A DNA stretch of 63,860 nt, filler included. It is 4 parts of 4 records of this genome, joined end to end, with 100 filler letters (N's around TTAATTAATTAA, not from the genome) between each part and the next. Parts side by side here need not be neighbours in the genome. Positions count along the whole stretch, not along the records: positions 58,506 to 63,860 come from SRR2962707_2718; 3 more parts are not named here. One strand, written 5' to 3'. Each line of letters starts with the position of its first letter. Position 1 is the stretch's first letter. This document shows, one piece after another, positions 58,543-63,860 of the stretch. The notes below the pieces were generated by a model, which was not told the DNA's origin, did no database searches, and saw only the letters and a program-made list of their open reading frames with translations. The position numbers were made by a program, and so were the translations under genes.

Positions 58543-61410
58543 ATGCGGCCGTTGGCAGTGTTGTCGCTGCTCGTGGCCGCGGCCGTGTCGCTCGAAACCA
58601 CGACTCCGAATGTACCTCGAACACCGGTGATTGATCCGTTTGCCTCCGCGTTCGTGAAAGCCCTTCCTCTGAACGCCGACTACACGGCGCTGAATCATTA
58701 CGGGCTGAAACTGCGCGACATTGCGAAATTCATCGCCGGAATCAGCTCCTCCTCGCCCCGGTTTACGGCCAACAGCTACTCGTGCAAGCGGCTGTGGCTG
58801 TCGTTGAAGGCCGACGAGCAGATTGCGCAGTTGGCGGAGGCTCTCCGCAACCACTGCCGTCACAACTTGCTCTCGATCGCCCACCTCGGCTGCGCTGGCA
58901 TTCTTGCCCAGCTGACCGCGAATGCTACGGCTGAGGAAATGTTGCAAAGCGGGTTCTTTGAGCCGTCTCAGGTTGCTACAATGGCCTGTGCTGTGCACAA
59001 GTTCGTCAATACTCGCCACTTCCCGCCGCCAACGTCAGAAATGATGGGTGCTGCGGCGTTTGTGCGGGCGTTTACGGCTGGGCACAACCAGTCGTTGTGT
59101 CTTGATAGAGAGGTTGAAAAGTCGACCTGCATCGGCGACTATTATTCGGGCCAGGATTTTTGCAATGGTCCAGGTGCCAGGGCAGGCTGCTGCGCGTAAG
59201 TGCCATTTGAGTACAGTGTACACGAACCATGAACTCTTTGGATTGCGTGCTATTTCGTATTCAACAAACGGTTGATTCGATTTGCAGATGTGGGGGGGGC
59301 TACAGATTCGAAGGTGAACGCCTCAAGTACGAGCAGTTGAAGGACAAAACAATGGTTTTCATTGGTGGTAAGATTTGCGCCTGCCCAGTGGCATACACTT
59401 CGGGCACCTGCTTGTGTGGAACTTGTGTGTTGGAATCATTGACACGGCACGTGTTCTCTGGCCTTGCTTGAAGGTTCTCAATTCTCTGGAACTTCAATCA
59501 TGAAGCAAATTCTGGACAGTAGTCCGCTTGTGTCTGTGAGTTGCGTCAAAAATTGTTAGCGGGTCTTGCATTTTGTTGATTTTGTTTTCCGAGTCGATGC
59601 CGTTCTGCACATGCCCTCACCTGTGTCAACATCCCACGCAGACTTTTCATGATACGGGTGTCCCCGAAGATGAAGGACAACACCTGCAAGACGTTTTTGA
59701 CGATGGGCCCTTCATTGGTGGTTTTGAATTTGGTTGCCATCCCGAAGCATACATTTCGCCCAATTCGTCGCTGTTGTCTCCGGCCTCCAAACGGAGGCTG
59801 TGGTTGGAATGGGCTCGATGGTGGAACCCGTACGTCCCACCGACGAAAAAGAAAAGAAAAAGAAAAAAATATTAAAGTGCAGGAAAGTTGCTTTGGTCGT
59901 TCACATCTGCGCATTGCGTGCCGACAAAGGTTCAAATCAGTACTGGTCGAGAAGTCGCCAACGAACATTGCTCGACTGGAGTTTCTGCAGTCGATGTTCG
60001 CTGATGCTAAACGGACCGTGTTTCTCATTTTGATGAAACATCCGCTGGCCATTTGGATTGCCCACGTATGCTATTTCAACGTTCCGTGTGCAAACAATTG
60101 CCGCTCAAGAACCGGCTGTCATTATTTGGTCGACTGAGCTGTGACTTTTTTGTCGTTGCTTTTGGTGCGATTGCCAGGCACTCCATGAACACAAAACGGT
60201 GCTGGAAGCCTATGATCAAGATCGACTGCGAAAACACATGCATAATTTCTTGCAATGCTGGTTTAATATGTATGGCCGGCTTCGAAAAGTACGCCCGTGT
60301 TTGCTCATGCACCGGTGACATTGTAGATGTTGGAAGCATCGTCATGCTTTTCACCTCAATTTTGTGCTGATGTGTTATCTATGTGCAGCCACTGCACAAC
60401 TTGAAAGAATTTCGCCTTATCCGGCTGGAGGAGTTCATGGTTGATGTGCAGCGGGGTCTGGTACGTTTGCGGTGACGGTGGCAGCAGCAAGGGGTGAACA
60501 ATGCCGCAGACGATGCGAATAATTGGAAACACGAATGTTGGCATCGGTATTGATGGAATGTAGGCTGATTTGGAGTCCCTACTCGATCTTCCTCCACTCA
60601 ACGTCACAATTGACAACCGCACGCTTGACAGACAGGCACTCCGGTTTCGCTACACGCCATCGCACACGCGTGGAGCCTTTGAGCTGCATCGCCCTGCAAA
60701 AGCAGCGCATCACCGCCCATTGGTACCTCAGCGAAACTTAGTGTTGCATGGGAGTCGACAGTCAGTTTCGGTCGAGACCGGCCTCGCCTTTGACTGGATT
60801 CCAGCGTGAGTTGCACGCACAGCATGCATACTGTTGCGCAGGCGGCGTGGTTGCAGTGCTGTCTCGTGCGATAAACTGCGATGGCAAACTATGCGTCTGT
60901 TGCAGATGGAATCAAATCCAGCAAACTCGGAGACTGTGGGAGAAAGATCCAGCGAACCATACCAGACCTGATGACAGCGTGCGATTTGCTTGAATGCGGA
61001 GCGGCAAAGCCGGATTGTGAGCTCGTCTTGTGGATGTCGCGCCGCACGCCTTGTCGTTGCTGTGATAGCTGGTGGCTGTTCTGCGATGGTTGTTTGGCGC
61101 AGGACTGGGCCAACCAAACCCTTGAAACAAAGATGGCCATGATGCTCACGGAGGATTTACTGGCAGAACTTCAAAAAAAGTGCAACCCGTAAGTACGGGC
61201 AGTACATGAATTTACACCTTGCTTTTTTCACAGTGCATCTTGGTTTTGAAGAGCGTATGCATGTGCCATTGTATTTGATTCAGGTACGGGTACAACATTC
61301 GGTCTCCTCGTGTGTTTGACCGTATCACTGGCTATCCCGTTCTCAGCAAAGGCGGTGAAGTTGTGTGGGGAAAGGGTGCAACAACTCAAAGTCCTTCGAG
61401 ACAAAAGTAA
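58543..61410 (+). CDS. Eukaryotic 11-exon gene: signal-peptide-bearing PAPS-dependent sulfotransferase
   Basis: Manually spliced exons 58543-59195, 59288-59367, 59474-59535, 59642-59829, 59930-60065, 60178-60288, 60389-60460, 60564-60805, 60906-60978, 61103-61188 and 61284-61410. All introns are GT..AG and keep one frame, giving VFIGGSQFSGTSIMKQILDS (5'-PSB loop), TGVPEDEGQHLQ, VLVEKSPTN, LMKHPLA, IRLEEF and C-terminal PYGY. Confidence 0.8.
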
Positions 61411-61532
61411 AAGTTTGGGGACACGCGCGTATTCTTTATCTTCGTTCAACAAAACAATGGAGCAGCTTCGTGTGGGCGTTTCGCGGTGACAAACGATATC
61501 AACAACACTTTTATTCGCCATCATTAGTGAAG

Positions 61533-62555
61533 TCAGTTTTGCTTTCCCGTGACACTGCTGGAGCTGTCGCAACAACACTTTTTGTACCCAGTCGCGCACC
61601 CATTCCCATAGTCGGTCACATCGCCCTCCTCGACATTGAAGCACTTTCCACTGCCACAATCCGAGCAGGAGGCACCGCAGAAAGGTGCTGTTCCAATCAC
61701 TTTTCCATTTCCAAATCCACCGGACTGGCAGAGGTCCGCACACGTGAATGGCGATGGAAGTTGTGAAGGAGGGTCGAGCTGCTCATTCGTGTATTTCCAG
61801 TCGTTCATAACACTGCGGGAAGGTGCAGGTTGTGCACAGCAGCACACCTTGTCTCCTGTGGCACATCCAGCACCGTAGTCACTGAAAAAGTCATTTGCGA
61901 CAGAGCAAACTCCCCCTTGGCAATCGTTTTCACAAGTTGCACCACAGGCTGGCGCGGTGCCGATGATAAAGCCATGGCCAAACCCGCCGTATTGGCACCA
62001 GGTGTCACAACTCGTTGAGCCAGGTTTTGTTGGTTGAGTTTTCTTCTGGTACGAATCCTTGCGCGGTAAGCGTGTCGCGCAGCAACAAGCCTTTCCTGCT
62101 GAAGTAAATTCTATCTGCTTGTAAAGGTCCTTGAGTGTCTCATTGTGATGAGCCAGGCGGGCTGCAAACACATCAATAGCAACATCGAGCGCCTCGTTCA
62201 AGCACAAGTTGCCTGCATCGGGCATGAAGTCAGTGTTGGCATTCCCAGGGATGTGGTCAAGGCACGCTCTTCCGGAGCACATAGCATCGCAGGTGGCTTC
62301 GCAAATGGGGGCGGTCCCGATGACGTATCCATCCACAAACCCGTTCCAAGAGCACAGACCACTGCAACCTGCGGCGTGGACTTCTGCCATTTGCTCGTTG
62401 ATGCTCAAGTGAGCGGGCCAAATGGGGTCCACTGCATCAGTCATCACCTTCACTTTGGCTGCGCAACAACTGCTGCTGCAAGAAAACACTGCCAGCGCGC
62501 CAACCAAGGTGGCTCGTGACGTCATCATTGTGTTGCTGCTGGCCTGAGGATCCAA
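61533..62555 (-). CDS. Secreted cysteine-rich protein with three roughly 58-aa IGTAPxC repeats
   Basis: Hydrophobic N-terminus; three repeats C-x3-C..GF..G..IGTAPxC.A.C...C..G.C...D.G..C..G.K.CCC; AATAAA on the minus strand at 61510-61515, downstream of the stop. Confidence 0.75.
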   Translation of the reverse strand: MDPQASSNTMMTSRATLVGALAVFSCSSSCCAAKVKVMTDAVDPIWPAHLSINEQMAEVHAAGCSGLCSWNGFVDGYVIGTAPICEATCDAMCSGRACLDHIPGNANTDFMPDAGNLCLNEALDVAIDVFAARLAHHNETLKDLYKQIEFTSAGKACCCATRLPRKDSYQKKTQPTKPGSTSCDTWCQYGGFGHGFIIGTAPACGATCENDCQGGVCSVANDFFSDYGAGCATGDKVCCCAQPAPSRSVMNDWKYTNEQLDPPSQLPSPFTCADLCQSGGFGNGKVIGTAPFCGASCSDCGSGKCFNVEEGDVTDYGNGCATGYKKCCCDSSSSVTGKQN

Positions 62556-62667
62556 TAATCCCTAATAAGTACCTTCAGTTCAAGTCACTTCAAAATCGCT
62601 TCCGTTGACACTCCACGGACTTTCCGAGACGCCGGAGGGGCGAACGGAACACAAACCGACCGAAGAG

Positions 62668-62725
62668 AAAACAAGAAGAAGAAGAAGAAGAAAGAAAGAC
62701 AGAAAGAAAGACGACAGAGAGAAAA
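62668..62725. repeat. Purine-rich (AAG)n/(AAAG)n low-complexity microsatellite
   Basis: AAGAAGAAGAAGAAGAAAGAAAGACAGAAAGAAAGAC... Confidence 0.75.
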
Positions 62726-63837
62726 AGACACCGCCGCCACAGACACCGCCAACAACAACGGCGTCTCAGCTCTCGACAAAGAGCTGCGCGCTCGAGCGTG
62801 TATGTGCACGTACGACGTACTTCGTGTGCGTGTGCTTCGTGTTCGCTGTGTCCTCAGCCAGGTGAGTCCCCAAGGTGTTGTTGTTGTTCAGGTGCAACAA
62901 TAGAACCAATGCCCAACGATCGGGATCCTATGACCTATGACCTGTTACATTTTTTTTTTATTTACCGGTAATCAATAAAATTACCGGTGGATACCCCACA
63001 ACGCAGTCATTGCGTCATTCCAGACAACAGGAAACCAAAAATGGAAACGACCAAAGCCGTGAGTGAGAATGAATGGAATGAATGGGCCGAACGCGAGTGA
63101 GAGACTGAGTGAGTGAGCGAGAGGGCGTGGCATACAGTACGATTTCACGATTTTGAAAACTTGGGCATCTGCAAAACACAGCTTTCTCTCCGTCCGTAAT
63201 TCATTAAAACCCTATCCACTGACGAAAACCACGCTCAAAAACGGCGTATTTAGCACAACGCAACCATCTAGCTCCGTGTTCCCTGAAAAGTCCGGGCAGA
63301 ACCAACAACCGACACGCCATTGCAGGACGAAGAACAGCGCCGATACTTAGCCACCACTACACCGAACAATCATCGATCAACTAAGGCTTGACCACACACC
63401 CAAGCGATGTATGTACAATCACTAATATAACGAAATATATTGTGCCCGTTAAACATGGCATAAGCCAATCATAAACGATTTGTGCACTAAGCACGCAACG
63501 GGGGACGACTCGGGCTGGGTTTGCAGCCTGTGGCTTTGGAAGCCCAAGGACTGGGGATGAAGGCGGGGAAAATGCTGCACTAGCGTCGCAGGACGCTGGC
63601 TCCCGCTCAACCAGGTGCTGCACAAGGCGCGCGGGGTGGGTGTTCCTCGTGTGGGTGGTAGTGAGGTGGAAGGCGATCGACAGTGGGCACGAGAGGCACG
63701 CGTGAATGTCTTGAAAAGTTAGATTGTTCCTGGAGAGGGCACAGGCAGGCGCTGAGCCCTCTCGTCTGCGTTTTCAGCGACGTTGTTGTCGTCGCGAGAG
63801 CGGGTGATTGATTGAGTGTGGGTGAGTGAGGGGGCGG

Positions 63838-63860
63838 GAGTGAGTGAGTGAGTGAGTGAG
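63838..63860. repeat. (GAGT)n microsatellite at the window end (also around 63060-63120)
   Basis: GAGTGAGTGAGTGAGTGAGTGAG. Confidence 0.8.

Noticed and set aside
1-63860. CRISPR arrays, tRNA/rRNA genes, transposases, prophage genes
   Set aside because: None recognised on either strand by inspection.

Overview
The window is a concatenation of four unrelated contigs joined by artificial 100-nt linkers (N44-TTAATTAATTAA-N44) at 25419-25518, 51469-51568 and 58406-58505. Contig 1 (1-25418, GC-rich alphaproteobacterium) carries a pim-like beta-oxidation/IclR/Liv-ABC cluster and a gluconolactonase. It also carries a 12.5-kb 5-methylthioribose/5-deoxyribose-type catabolic cluster: a split transketolase with altered active-site motifs, a KDDH-type RuBisCO-like protein, a sugar ABC importer, mtnK, mtnA, a SorC-family regulator and a class II aldolase-SDR fusion, with a shared 29-bp operator in two divergent promoters. 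The contig ends in the start of a Tat-exported formate dehydrogenase operon. Contig 2 (25519-51468, Roseobacter-like) is mostly housekeeping: clpB, pyrF, dinB, a ufaD/ufaO-like operon with a sigmaE-like promoter, an FdhF-type dehydrogenase, LysR, thiolase, pbpC plus alpha-2-macroglobulin, a hybrid kinase, yaaA, recQ and yggT. Contig 3 (51569-58405, alphaproteobacterium) has ptrB, a short flagellin-like gene, slyX, a DSD1-family PLP enzyme, an sHsp and ptsN-hpf-rpoN. Contig 4 (58506-63860) is eukaryotic: I reconstructed an 11-exon sulfotransferase gene with ten GT-AG introns of 92-124 nt, convergent with a secreted Cys-rich triple-repeat protein. The most promising candidate for an undescribed system is the RLP + atypical transketolase + aldolase/SDR pathway. 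All family assignments come from motifs recognised by eye; no database searches were run.
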